Source of the DNA: Octopus bimaculoides
Taxonomy: Eukaryota
Assembly: GCF_001194135.2 (NCBI RefSeq)
Contig: NC_068996.1
Coordinates: forward strand, 33,604,546-33,638,687
DNA length: 34,142 nucleotides
Direction of reading: 5' to 3'
Below the pieces are notes generated by a model. It saw only the letters and a program-made list of their open reading frames with translations, searched no databases and was not told the origin of the DNA. How positions within the stretch are numbered: the stretch's first letter is position 1; every line of letters begins with the position of its first letter. Positions 1-10,053 of the stretch are shown in pieces. The translations under genes and the position numbers were made by a program.

Positions 1-234
1 GGGTAGTCTGAAGTATCTAAGCAACCAGGGGATAATTAAATCCAAAGGCACTCCTGGAGATTACTTGTGTGGGTACCGTCTTTGTTGGAAGGTATCCAGA
101 GGCAGGTAATTTATTGTTTAAACCACAGTTTATAATTATAATTAAGTGGAGAATGGAGAAACAAACACAAGAAGAAGCAAGTCAATTGCGCTAGTCAGCC
201 ATTGATTTAATTATGTGGAGATTATATAATGAGT

Positions 235-286
235 CATTTACGATCGTTTCAATGTGCCAAATGGTTTGGCAGATCTCTTCAGAATG
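235..286 (-). ncRNA. Type I minimal hammerhead ribozyme (core intact)
   Basis: Minus strand reads CATT-CTGAAGA-GATC-TGCCAAA-CCA-TTTGGCA-CATT-GAAA-CGATCG-TA-AATG: stem I CATT/AATG, CUGANGA core, hairpin stem II, GAAA, palindromic stem III (ACGATCGT), GUA cleavage triplet. Confidence 0.82.
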
Positions 287-576
287 TTGAGAAGTATGTT
301 AAAGTTCATGGTGTGAGAGATGCCGGAGTAACAGCTAGTGGATATAATCATGCATAAAAATAAACACGTGCGGAATGCATTTGACCAAAATTGGAACTAC
401 GAGCTTGAACAGCACCCACCCTACCTCTCCTTCGCAGAAAGACTATTAACACAACTGCAACTAAAATGTAAGATTAACTTTACTTAACTCTATTCTTATA
501 CCGCTATATGCATTACTATATCCACTAACTGTTATTCCTGCATCTCTCACACCATGAACTTTAACATACTTCTCAA

Positions 577-628
577 CATTCTGAAGAGATCTGCCAATCA
601 AATTGGTACATCAAAACGATCGTAAATG
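577..628 (+). ncRNA. Hammerhead ribozyme copy with mutated core (GAAA->AAAA, G12A)
   Basis: CATT-CTGAAGA-GATC-TGCCAAT-CAA-ATTGGTA-CATC-AAAA-CGATCG-TA-AATG; same fold as 235-286 but the catalytic G12 is replaced. Confidence 0.72.
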
Positions 629-719
629 ACTCATTACATAATCTCCACATAATTAAATCAATGGCTAACTAGCCCAATTGACTTGCTTCTTGTGTTTATT
701 TCTCCATTCTCCACTTGAT

Positions 720-755
720 TATATATATTATATTTATAATATGTATATATCTATT

Positions 756-815
<60 letters not shown>
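720..815. repeat. (TA)n/(TG)n microsatellite
   Basis: Directly visible; it supplies the spurious N-terminus of ORF 715..1227. Confidence 0.95.
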
Positions 816-817
<2 letters not shown>

Positions 818-819
818 GT

Positions 820-2560
820 GTAGGTTTTACCAACTATAAAGGTTCCCCATCATGCAACCTTACTAAATCCCAATTCCTGACCTTGAAAAACTTAAGAAAC
901 AAAAACCTCATCTACCTACCTTCAGACAAGGGAAAAGAATTCTGCATTAAAGACAAACCTACCTACAACAAACTAGCTATGGAACACCTCAGTGACACCA
1001 CAGTATACAAAAAGGTTTACAACATCACATCCCAGCAACTGGAGTCCATCATCAACACCAGCTGGACCAACATTTGTCACCAAAGGAATCTCTCTAAGAA
1101 GATTAGGCTGAACTACACATCTAAAACCAACATCCTTCCATCCTTCTACCATTTAATAAAAACCCACAAACCTGGACCTAAGCTTAAAATCAGACCTATA
1201 GTACCAGGAATTAAGTCCTTTCTATAAGATTTCTTGGATCCTCTCTAAACTCTTCAAGCCCTTACTACACGCATTCCCTGGACATGTTAGCAGCTCCCAC
1301 AAAATCTTCACAAGACTCAAAGATATCGACCCATCTATACTTAAAACTAACAAATACCCTTTTAGTTTAGACGGAGTTTCCCTCTACACCTCTGTACCTG
1401 CTCTCCCGGCTATTGATATCCTCATAGACCACATGACGTCTTTATCTCCCACACTTCTCCTTGCCCCCACCTTCCTCCTCATCTCTCCCTCCCCTGCAAC
1501 CTCCTCCTCCCGATCTTCCCCTTCGTTTTCTTTCACCTACCCATCCATTTACTTCCAGCTATCTGGCATCACACCCTCAGACATACGAGAGTTACTAACC
1601 ATTATAATTGGTAACACCTACTTTCAATATAATGGTGTGATTTACAAACAGACTTCCGGCCTATCCATGGGATGTAGCCTTTCAGGCCTGCTGGCCATCA
1701 CGTACATGGATGAGCTAGAATGCACAGCACTCAACAACTGCCACTCATGCATCTTCTTATCCAGATACATTGATGACATCCTTATCATCACATTTTCCAG
1801 GGATGAGGCCATTAACATACACTGGACTTTCAATAACACTAACATAAGCATTAAATTCAAGATTGAACATCCAGACAAATCCAGAACCCTCTCTCTACTT
1901 GACTTTCAATTCAAAATCATAGAGGAAAGCTCCATATTTACCAAATTCTACATAAAAAACTGCTAATAGAAAACTTTTCGTCCACTACCAATCAGCCTTA
2001 CCCACCAGAGCCAAAGCCGCATACGTAAGAAATGAGATTGCACATATAAACAACAATTGCAGCAATGTGACCGACAAAGCCATCAACACCAAACAGTTCC
2101 TCAGAGATCTAACTCTGAATGGCTACCCACAATCTTTACCTAACACACACAGGTAGACACTTCCATGAAGAAACAGCTACAGAAATACCAGACCCACTTA
2201 CAGAAATACCAGGAATTCACAGTGCATATCAAGGCAACACAATGGAACAGGAGCAACCATAGAATCTTTGAGGCCATCCTCATACACCAAACGAAACCCA
2301 AGATCAACAACAGAAGAAAGTTACAGGAAACTAGCTGGTTGCTATAGCAACACCTTTCCACACATGCTCACATACATGCACATTGGCAATATTTGTCTAT
2401 TTCTTGAAAATGGGGTCATAACCCTGAAATACTGAAAACAAGGTAAGTCTACATTAATTCATGTATTTGTTTCATTGTGATTTACCTTGCATCTTCTTCG
2501 CATTGTTTTGGACTTACCCACGATCCTTTATACAATATATTCTACACAATGCTTCATAGT
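820..2560 (+). mobile_element. Penelope-like element: reverse transcriptase pseudogene with truncated GIY-YIG endonuclease
   Basis: NLTKSQFLTLKNL..PSDKG..Y..L.D..Y; PSFYHLIKTHK..IRPIV; SLDGVSLYTSVP; YFQYNGVIYKQTSGLSMGCSLS; RYIDDILI; LSLLDF; HYQSALP..NGYP. Frameshifts near 1220 and 1960. 2165-2347 keeps only the GIY-YIG tail (EAILIHQTKPKINN). Confidence 0.9.
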
Positions 2561-3376
2561 AATTATTCCATTATATATATGTATATATATATACATATAT
2601 ATATATGTATATATACATATATATATATNNNNNNNNNNNNNNNNNNNNNNNNNNNNNNNNNNNNNNNNNNNNNNNNNNNNNNNNNNNNNNNNNNNNNNNN
2701 NNNNNNNNNNNNNNNNNNNNNNNNNNNNNNNNNNNNNNNNNNNNNNNNNNNNNNNNNNNNNNNNNNNNNNNNNNNNNNNNNNNNNNNNNNNNNNNNNNNN
2801 NNNNNNNNNNNNNNNNNNNNNNNNNNNNNNNNNNNNNNNNNNNNNNNNNNNNNNNNNNNNNNNNNNNNNNNNNNNNNNNNNNNNNNNNNNNNNNNNNNNN
2901 NNNNNNNNNNNNNNNNNNNNNNNNNNNNNNNNNNNNNNNNNNNNNNNNNNNNNNNNNNNNNNNNNNNNNNNNNNNNNNNNNNNNNNNNNNNNNNNNNNNN
3001 NNNNNNNNNNNNNNNNNNNNNNNNNNNNNNNNNNNNNNNNNNNNNNNNNNNNNNNNNNNNNNNNNNNNNNNNNNNNNNNNNNNNNNNNNNNNNNNNNNNN
3101 NNNNNNNNNNNNNNNNNNNNNNNNNNNNNNNNNNNNNNNNNNNNNNNNNNNNNNNNNNNNNNNNNNNNNNNNNNNNNNNNNNNNNNNNNNNNNNNNNNNN
3201 NNNNNNNNNNNNNNNNNNNNNNNNNNNNNNNNNNNNNNNNNNNNNNNNNNNNNNNNNNNNNNNNNNNNNNNNNNNNNNNNNNNNNNNNNNNNNNNNNNNN
3301 NNNNNNNNNNNNNNGTATGTATATATATATATATATGTATGTACATATATGTATATATGTATGCATGTATATATGT

Positions 3377-3403
3377 GATGTTGGGGGGACAAACACAGAC
3401 ATA

Positions 3404-3441
<38 letters not shown>

Positions 3442-3712
3442 TATATATATATATATATATTTATGTATTTATGTATTTATGTGTTTCAGCCAAGTGGCTG
3501 CGGTCATGCTGGTGCACCACCGTATATGTATATATATACATATACATATATACGATGGTCTTCTTTCAGTTTCCGTCTACCAAATCCACTCGCAAGCGTT
3601 TGGTTGGCCCGAGGCTATAGTAGAAGACACCTGCCCAAAGTGCCACGCAGTGGGACTGAACCCGGAACCATGTGGTTGGTAAGCAAGCTACTTACCACAC
3701 AGCCACTCCTGC
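3377..3712 (-). mobile_element. tRNA-derived SINE (octopus type) with internal microsatellites
   Basis: Minus strand head GCAGGAGTGGCTGTGTGGTAAG..GGTTCCGGGTTCAGTCCC (A-box/B-box-like); colinear with the + strand copies at 20803 and 33754. Confidence 0.88.
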
Positions 3713-3729
3713 ACTTAAGCTACGCAATT

Positions 3730-4007
3730 TAAGGACTGTGTCAAGTCCCCATTAAAGGCCTGTAATACGCAGCAGACTGACTGGGAGAGCAATGCATGTC
3801 ATTGCCACAGATAGAGGAAGCAAGTTAAGGAGTGAGGTCGACACTTTTGAGAGAGCCTGTATTCTGCAAGAACATAAGTGTGCTGCTCGAAGGCACACTG
3901 CTGGTGTAGTGAATGGGGAAAGGTTAGTTTGCAATGTTTGCAGTCATGCATGCTTGTCAAGAGCAGGGCTCATTAGCCACCAATGGAACTGCAAATGCAA
4001 AATATAA
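3730..4007 (+). mobile_element. RTE (BovB-like) LINE C-terminal fragment with C2H2-type finger
   Basis: KDCVKSPLKA..WE..ATDR..FER..CNVCSHACLSRAGLISHQWNC resembles the RTE ORF end (KD.LK..WE..A.DR..W; C-x2-C..SR.GL.SH..C). Confidence 0.72.
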
Positions 4008-4081
4008 TTTAGTCCTAGAGTGCACAATGTTCTTCAAGGGCAGTAATGGTCTTCCTCAATCACGAATGGTTGGCCATCATA

Positions 4082-4137
<56 letters not shown>

Positions 4138-4760
4138 AATTAAAAATAGTTTCATTTGACTTACTAAATAAATTTAATAACCAAAATAATAATTATTATA
4201 GTNNNNNNNNNNNNNNNNNNNNNNNNNNNNNNNNNNNNNNNNNNNNNNNNNNNNNNNNNNNNNNNNNNNNNNNNNNNNNNNNNNNNNNNNNNNNNNNNNN
4301 NNNNNNNNNNNNNNNNNNNNNNNNNNNNNNNNNNNNNNNNNNNNNNNNNNNNNNNNNNNNNNNNNNNNNNNNNNNNNNNNNNNNNNNNNNNNNNNNNNNN
4401 NNNNNNNNNNNNNNNNNNNNNNNNNNNNNNNNNNNNNNNNNNNNNNNNNNNNNNNNNNNNNNNNNNNNNNNNNNNNNNNNNNNNNNNNNNNNNNNNNNNN
4501 NNNNNNNNNNNNNNNNNNNNNNNNNNNNNNNNNNNNNNNNNNNNNNNNNNNNNNNNNNNNNNNNNNNNNNNNNNNNNNNNNNNNNNNNNNNNNNNNNNNN
4601 NNNNNNNNNNNNNNNNNNNNNNNNNNNNNNNNNNNNNNNNNNNNNNNNNNNNNNNNNNNNNNNNNNNNNNNNNNNNNNNNNNNNNNNNNNNNNNNNNNNN
4701 NNNNNNNNNNNNNNNNNNNNNNNNNNNNNNNNNNNNNNNNNNNNNNNNNNNNNNNNNNNN

Positions 4761-4880
4761 AGCAGACGCTCAGGGAAGGAAAGAAAGATGGTTTAATGTT
4801 TCGAGTAATGCTCTCTTTCAGAAACAGAGGAAAGTTCAATAGAAAGGAAGACGGAGGAAGAAAATCATCATTGATTCACA
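4761..4880 (-). mobile_element. Solo Penelope pseudo-LTR fragment with degenerate minimal hammerhead (4791-4825)
   Basis: Minus strand GTTT-CTGAAAGA-GAG-CATTA-CTC-GAAA-CA-TT-AAAC; stem I GTTT/AAAC and stem II GAG/CTC are present, but the core has one extra A. Upstream context is lost in a gap. Confidence 0.5.
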
Positions 4881-4893
4881 TGTGGTTATACAT

Positions 4894-4926
<33 letters not shown>

Positions 4927-5099
4927 ACCCCACTATTTACTGACTTATATATATATATGGGGTATTTTGATTATCGCACTTACAGTCCATATTAGCAATA
5001 ATCAACAAATTCTCTTTGCAATAGATTAAGTAAACAATGAGAGAAATTTTCATTAGGTTTCTATTCATAACTACTACGGAATTATCCCTCTGAGAAAAT

Positions 5100-6298
5100 A
5101 ATAAATATAGAAGATTATTATTAATGTGGAAGATTATTATACAATGTTTTACCAGAAGAATGAAAGAGGTGCTGGAGAGGGATGTACAGCTTTGAGGAGC
5201 AACTTCTGCTAAATTGAGCCATTATAGAGGACTACAAGAGGAGAAAAACAAACCTGAACATGATTTGGATCAATTACCAGAAAACATTTGACAGTGTTTC
5301 AAACTCCCAAACATACAAATATAGTAACTCCAACATTACTAAAATATATGAAACATGCAATGGTAAACTGGAAAACCAGTATAGCACTGAAAAATGAATC
5401 GCAAGTCATTAAAACCTGCCCTATACCCATAAGAAGAGGAATTTTCCAGAAAGACTTGCTGTCACCCCTGCTTTTCTGCCTTGCTCAGATCCTGTTAACA
5501 AACTTGTTAAATGAAACTGCTATGGGTTATAGATGCTATGGGCAAACAATAAACCATCTCCTGTAGAAGGATGATTTTAAAATTTTTACTAAGACTGCGA
5601 AGGCTACAATGGAACAGAGAAACCTTAAAAATTGTCCATAGTTTCAGCAAGGAAATTGGAATGAGTATGAGACTGGACAAATGTGCCAAAGTCACATTGA
5701 AAAGAGGCAAATTAATCAGCACTGAAAACACCACATTCGACATAGACACAGAAATCAGAGAATTAGACCATAATCACCCATACAAATATTGTGGAATAGA
5801 CAAAACAGCTAAAATACAACACAGAGAAGAGAAAATTAGAAGAGAGTATTCCAGAAAAGTTAGACTGATATTAAACACTAAACTCAATGCTAAAAATAGG
5901 ATAATAGGGATAAACATGCTAGCTGTACTAGTCATAAATTACAGCTTCAACATAATAAACTGAAAGATCAGTGAATTGAAAATCTTAGGAAACTGAGAAA
6001 ACTATTAACAGATGCAGACAGAATATATTTGCACCACTCAGAAGGAGGCCGTGGCCTAACATAAATAGAGAACTATTTCAAAATAACAACAGTTGAACTA
6101 GAAAAGTACTTAGAAATAAAAAGTGGAAGACTACTACATGTAATAATGCAGCATGATAAAAAGAAAACGCTTTCCTCTATAAATGAAGAGGTGAAAAAAA
6201 AAAAAAAACTACACTGATACACTGATCTCAAATGACATATCAGAAATGGTCAAAGAGACAAAAAACAACATGAAAACAGAACTACAAAACATACTTAA
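5100..6298 (+). mobile_element. Dong/R4-clade non-LTR retrotransposon, RT portion (degenerate)
   Basis: NLNMIWINYQKTFDSV; RRGIFQKDLLSPLLFCL; INHLL*KDDFK; IGMSMRLDKCA; PYKYCGI; REYSRKVRLILNTKLNAKN; ADRIYLHHSEGGRGL. Confidence 0.88.
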
Positions 6299-9200
6299 CT
6301 CTCTAGTGTTTAGACCAGCCAAAAATTATTCCCCTTTATTTGTTTGAACTAACTAAATTCAACCATATCTGATTCCTCTATGAAATCATTAAAAAAAATT
6401 TTTTAATCACATTATTGAATTTTGATAGCTTTGAGATAATGCGAGATAAAGCCTTTTCCACCTTTATTCAACTAAAAATACAGTGCAATTTTTTGAGACT
6501 TCTTGGTTTTTTTTTTGTTTGACTTTGAAGGTTTTACTCTTGATGATGTACAAAATATAAATGAAAACAACAAGGATTTGTCTTAGGACGAATCATATTG
6601 ACATTTATGAATCTTTGTTGGCTAAGGAAGATTTTGATAATGAAAGTGATACAGATGAAAGTAACGAAAATGATACTGAACACATTACGACAACATGGTT
6701 GAAGATTACTAAATCAACCAGGATTCCCAATTTCAAAGAAAAAATTAGTCTACAATACAGTCTACCTCCTGATGCTCAACCATTGGACTATTTATTTTTA
6801 TTTTTACCAAAAACTGTTTTGAAACTGTCGCAGAGGAAACAAATATGCTCAACACAATTTTTACTAGTGGAAGACCTGATCCACTATGGCAGTCAACTGA
6901 TACTGTGAAAATGCGAGCCTGTTTTTACTATAAACATTATGTTTGGTATTAAGCAGATTCCTCAACTGTGGAACTACTGCAATCCTGGTATAATGTCTAG
7001 TGATCCATATATCTCCAACATTATGTCTAACTATAGTTAATTCAGTTGATATATAGTTTAACTCCTCGTCACCAAAACAAAAACAAAATCAGTCTAATAG
7101 GTGTAAAAAAATGTATAGAAAGCCAATATGAAAACAAAACTTTGCGAAAATGAATGGGGTGGGTGGAGAAAGGACTCTTGGAAAATTCACAAGATCCAAT
7201 TTTTCTCTCATAACTTTCAGGAAAATGGATATCTTTTAATGAAATTTCATAGAAATACCATTCAAATGGCATAGATTATGATTATAACGGAATTTGTGAG
7301 GAAAGGACTGTTGGAAAATTCACACGATCTGATTTTTTCCCCTCATAACTTTCAGGAAAATCTTTTAATGAAATTTTACTGAAACAGTTTTCAAATAGCA
7401 TAGATTATGATTATANNNNNNNNNNNNNNNNNNNNNNNNNNNNNNNNNNNNNNNNNNNNNNNNGATCCGTATTTTTCCCTTGTAACTTTCAGGATCCAGT
7501 TTAACACCTTGTGACCAAAATGAAAAAAAGAGTTTAATAGGTGTAAAAAAAAATGTGTAGGAATGAATATGAAAAGAAAAATTTGCGCAAACATACATAT
7601 ACATACCTTCATCTTGGTTGGTAATTATTTGACAGCAATGATTTGAGAGAGAAGGTATAACTTGGCTGCCTCTATGAAGAACATGTGCAACAAAGTTTCT
7701 TCATGTTGAGAAGTTATAAATAAATATCTTGCAAGATATTATTGCAGACATTTTGATTGAATACCTGACTTTTGGATTAATTCTTTTGTGTCTCTCCAAA
7801 GTCTTTCAATGTTTTGTATGTGTATGTTTCTGTGTGCTATCTTCAAAATTGTTAGAGTGAGGCATTTTCCAATCGTTATTTCAATGTGGGCATATCACTA
7901 TGTTTTGTAATACACCATGTGAACGAAGGAACTGAACTGACTTTTGATTGTTACAATGAAAAGTGCTGATGCATTCATAATAATCAAAATTACAATTTTC
8001 ACAAATATTGAAATTCTCCATACTCAAGCACTTCAGATGTGACGATATCAAAAATGAAATGAAGGATAGATTTCAAGTAAACTTCTCCATAGGCTTTCAA
8101 AAGGCATACATTATGATGACAAAGAAATCTGGAATATTGGTGGAATATAAGCAATAATAAGAAAAAGAAGCTGTGTGTGCATGTAATAAAAAATAATATT
8201 TTCTATCAGAAAAGTATGCTAAATGGATCATGTGAATTTTCCAACAGTCCTCTCCCCACCCCTTTGGAAAAAATTTTCCCCCAAAATTTCTTTATAATCA
8301 TAATTTATGCTGTTTGAAAGATGTTTCTGTAAAATTACATTAAAATATATCCATTTTCCTGAAAGTTACGAGGAAAAAATTGGATCTTGTAAATTTTCCG
8401 AAAGTCCTCTCCTCACCCACCATCGTTCGTTTGGGCAAATTTTTGTTTACATATTGGTTTTCTACACATTTCTTAACACCTAGTAGACTGTTTTCTTTTC
8501 TTTGTTTTGGTGACAAAGTTCTAAAATAGATCCTGAAAGTCACAGGGGGAAAAAAATGGATTGTATAAATTTTCTGACAGTCTTCTCCCCACCCCTTCAG
8601 AAAACATTTTCCCCACAAATTACTTTATAATCATAATCTATGCTGTTTGAAAGGTGTTTCTGAAAAATTTCATTGAAAGATATCTATTTTCCTGAAAGTT
8701 ACGGGGGGGAAAAAACGGATTGTGTGAATTTTCCAAAATCCTGACCCCCACCCCTTCGGAAAACATTTTCCCCATAAATTTCTTTATAATCATAATCTAT
8801 GCCATTTGAACGGTATTTCTATAAAATTTCATCAATATATATCCATATTTCCTGAAAGTTATGAGAAAAAAATCAGATCTTGTGAATTTCCCAAAAGTCC
8901 TCTCCCTATCCCAACCCTGTTTGCTTATACAAATTTTTGTTTTCATGTTTGCTTTCTACACATTTTTTACACCTATTAGACTATTTTGGTGACTGGGAGT
9001 TAAACTATATATTAACTGTTAATTCATATATTGTTTATGTAAAAAGCCACAAAGTACCTCCACCACCAAAGGACTACAACCATTTGACATTTCGGGTTGA
9101 CATTGCATCTCAGTTATGTGAGGGCTTCTTCCAGAAAGCACAGAACGGGGAGAAAAACAAAATTAACTGGGGTAGATATCAACAGAGAAAATATTGACTT

Positions 9201-10053
9201 CCATAAAGTAGGGAAAATAAATGGAAGGAAAAAAGCTGGCAGACTGTGTTCGCTTCAAAACAACAGGAAAATGAGATCACATATGTGTTCGTTTTGCAAA
9301 GTGCCCTTGTGTAAAGGGTGCTTTAAACAATTTTACACTAGAAATATGGCATAACTATATTTTGTTGTTTGATAGTAATACTATCATATATTCCTTTCAT
9401 TTTATTACAAATAATATGTGAAAGTGAGAAATACATGTTAATTTGCAGTATGTTACATGCCTGTATTCACTTTTTCCTCACCTGTTAATGAGCTTTTTTT
9501 TATTAGATGCATTCTGTTATGCCTATGTATTCATTAAATTGCATAAGAGTACATAACCAATGGTATATTGACTAGTAAAAGAGTTTTGTACTTTATTTTC
9601 AATGAAAATGTTTGAATGAAATTTAGAGAAAGAATAAAATCTTGTACCGATTATACCTGTATTTTAATTAATTCAAATTACTGTACCTCATCTTGAAAAT
9701 TGGCAAAATTGTTGGCGGTTGATATCTGGGATAATTTTAGTAACAAATCAAACAGGTAAGATTCATTAAGAATTTCAATTTTAGTGTTTATCCATAATGT
9801 TATTGCTTTTACACTTGTTAATTAAATAAAAGTACCTATAAAAGTGAAATTTCATCAGCAAGATCAGCTAAAATTACATTACTATAATCCACTGGTGTAT
9901 AAGCACCCACTGACAAAATTTTAAATTTGTATGTAAAAAATTTACAAAGTTACAAGCAAATGTTGTGGACACCCCACTTGAACCTGAATAATTCAAAATA
10001 ACGTGAACAAATAAGCATTACATTTGACAGATTAATCTGAAATGGCTAAAGAA
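6299..10053 (+). mobile_element. piggyBac-derived element, internally deleted (N-terminus and C-terminal cysteine-rich domain kept, DDD core absent)
   Basis: Starts right after TTAA (6295-6298). LPPDAQPLDYLFLFLP..EETN.YAQ..W..T..M..MFGI..P..W..Y (6760-7030); IVNSYIVY..LTFRVDIASQL..; RLCS..MCSFCKVPLCKGCFKQF (9019-9354). The right end near 10053 is only a degenerate TIR match. Confidence 0.8.
7045..9018 (-). mobile_element. Non-autonomous Merlin (ISXO2/IS1016-like) DNA transposon with long modular TIRs
   Basis: 8-bp direct repeat TTAATTCA at 7037-7044 and 9019-9026. Arms ~7045-7590 and ~8232-9018 are inverted copies built of 130-160 bp units. The centre on the minus strand encodes VQFLRSHGVLQNIVICPH* joined to HSNNFED..HIQNIERLWRDTKEL..YLARYLF..FFIEAAKLYP (with frameshifts). 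Confidence 0.8.

Larger units (their letters stand above)
137..724. repeat. Inverted repeat: arms ~137-356 and ~507-724 (~220 bp each), 150-bp spacer; Penelope pseudo-LTR-like
   Basis: 278-356 (GGCAGATCTCTTCAGAATGTTGAGAAGTATGTTAAAGTTCATGGTGTGAGAGATG...TGCATA) is the reverse complement of 507-595 with scattered substitutions; the match continues to TTAAGTGGAGAATGGAGAA / TTCTCCATTCTCCACTTGA. Each arm contains a hammerhead motif. Confidence 0.92.

Noticed and set aside
2400-2436. Possible hammerhead at the 3' end of the first PLE (TTGAAAA-T-GGGGT-CATA-ACCCT-GAAA)
   Set aside because: A stem II-like hairpin is present, but the CUGANGA core has two mismatches and I cannot place a valid NUH site with stem I.
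2477-3682. Long ORFs (250-435 aa) here and at 4174-4839, 23166-23862, 24411-25728, 30057-30635
   Set aside because: They are open only because they cross N-runs and microsatellites; only the PLE part of 24421..25728 and the RTE part of 23233..23862 are real coding relics.
7050-9000. Regularly spaced ~130-160 bp repeats as a CRISPR-like array or satellite
   Set aside because: The units are homologous along their length (no unique spacers), lie in inverted arms around a transposase relic, and the context is eukaryotic.
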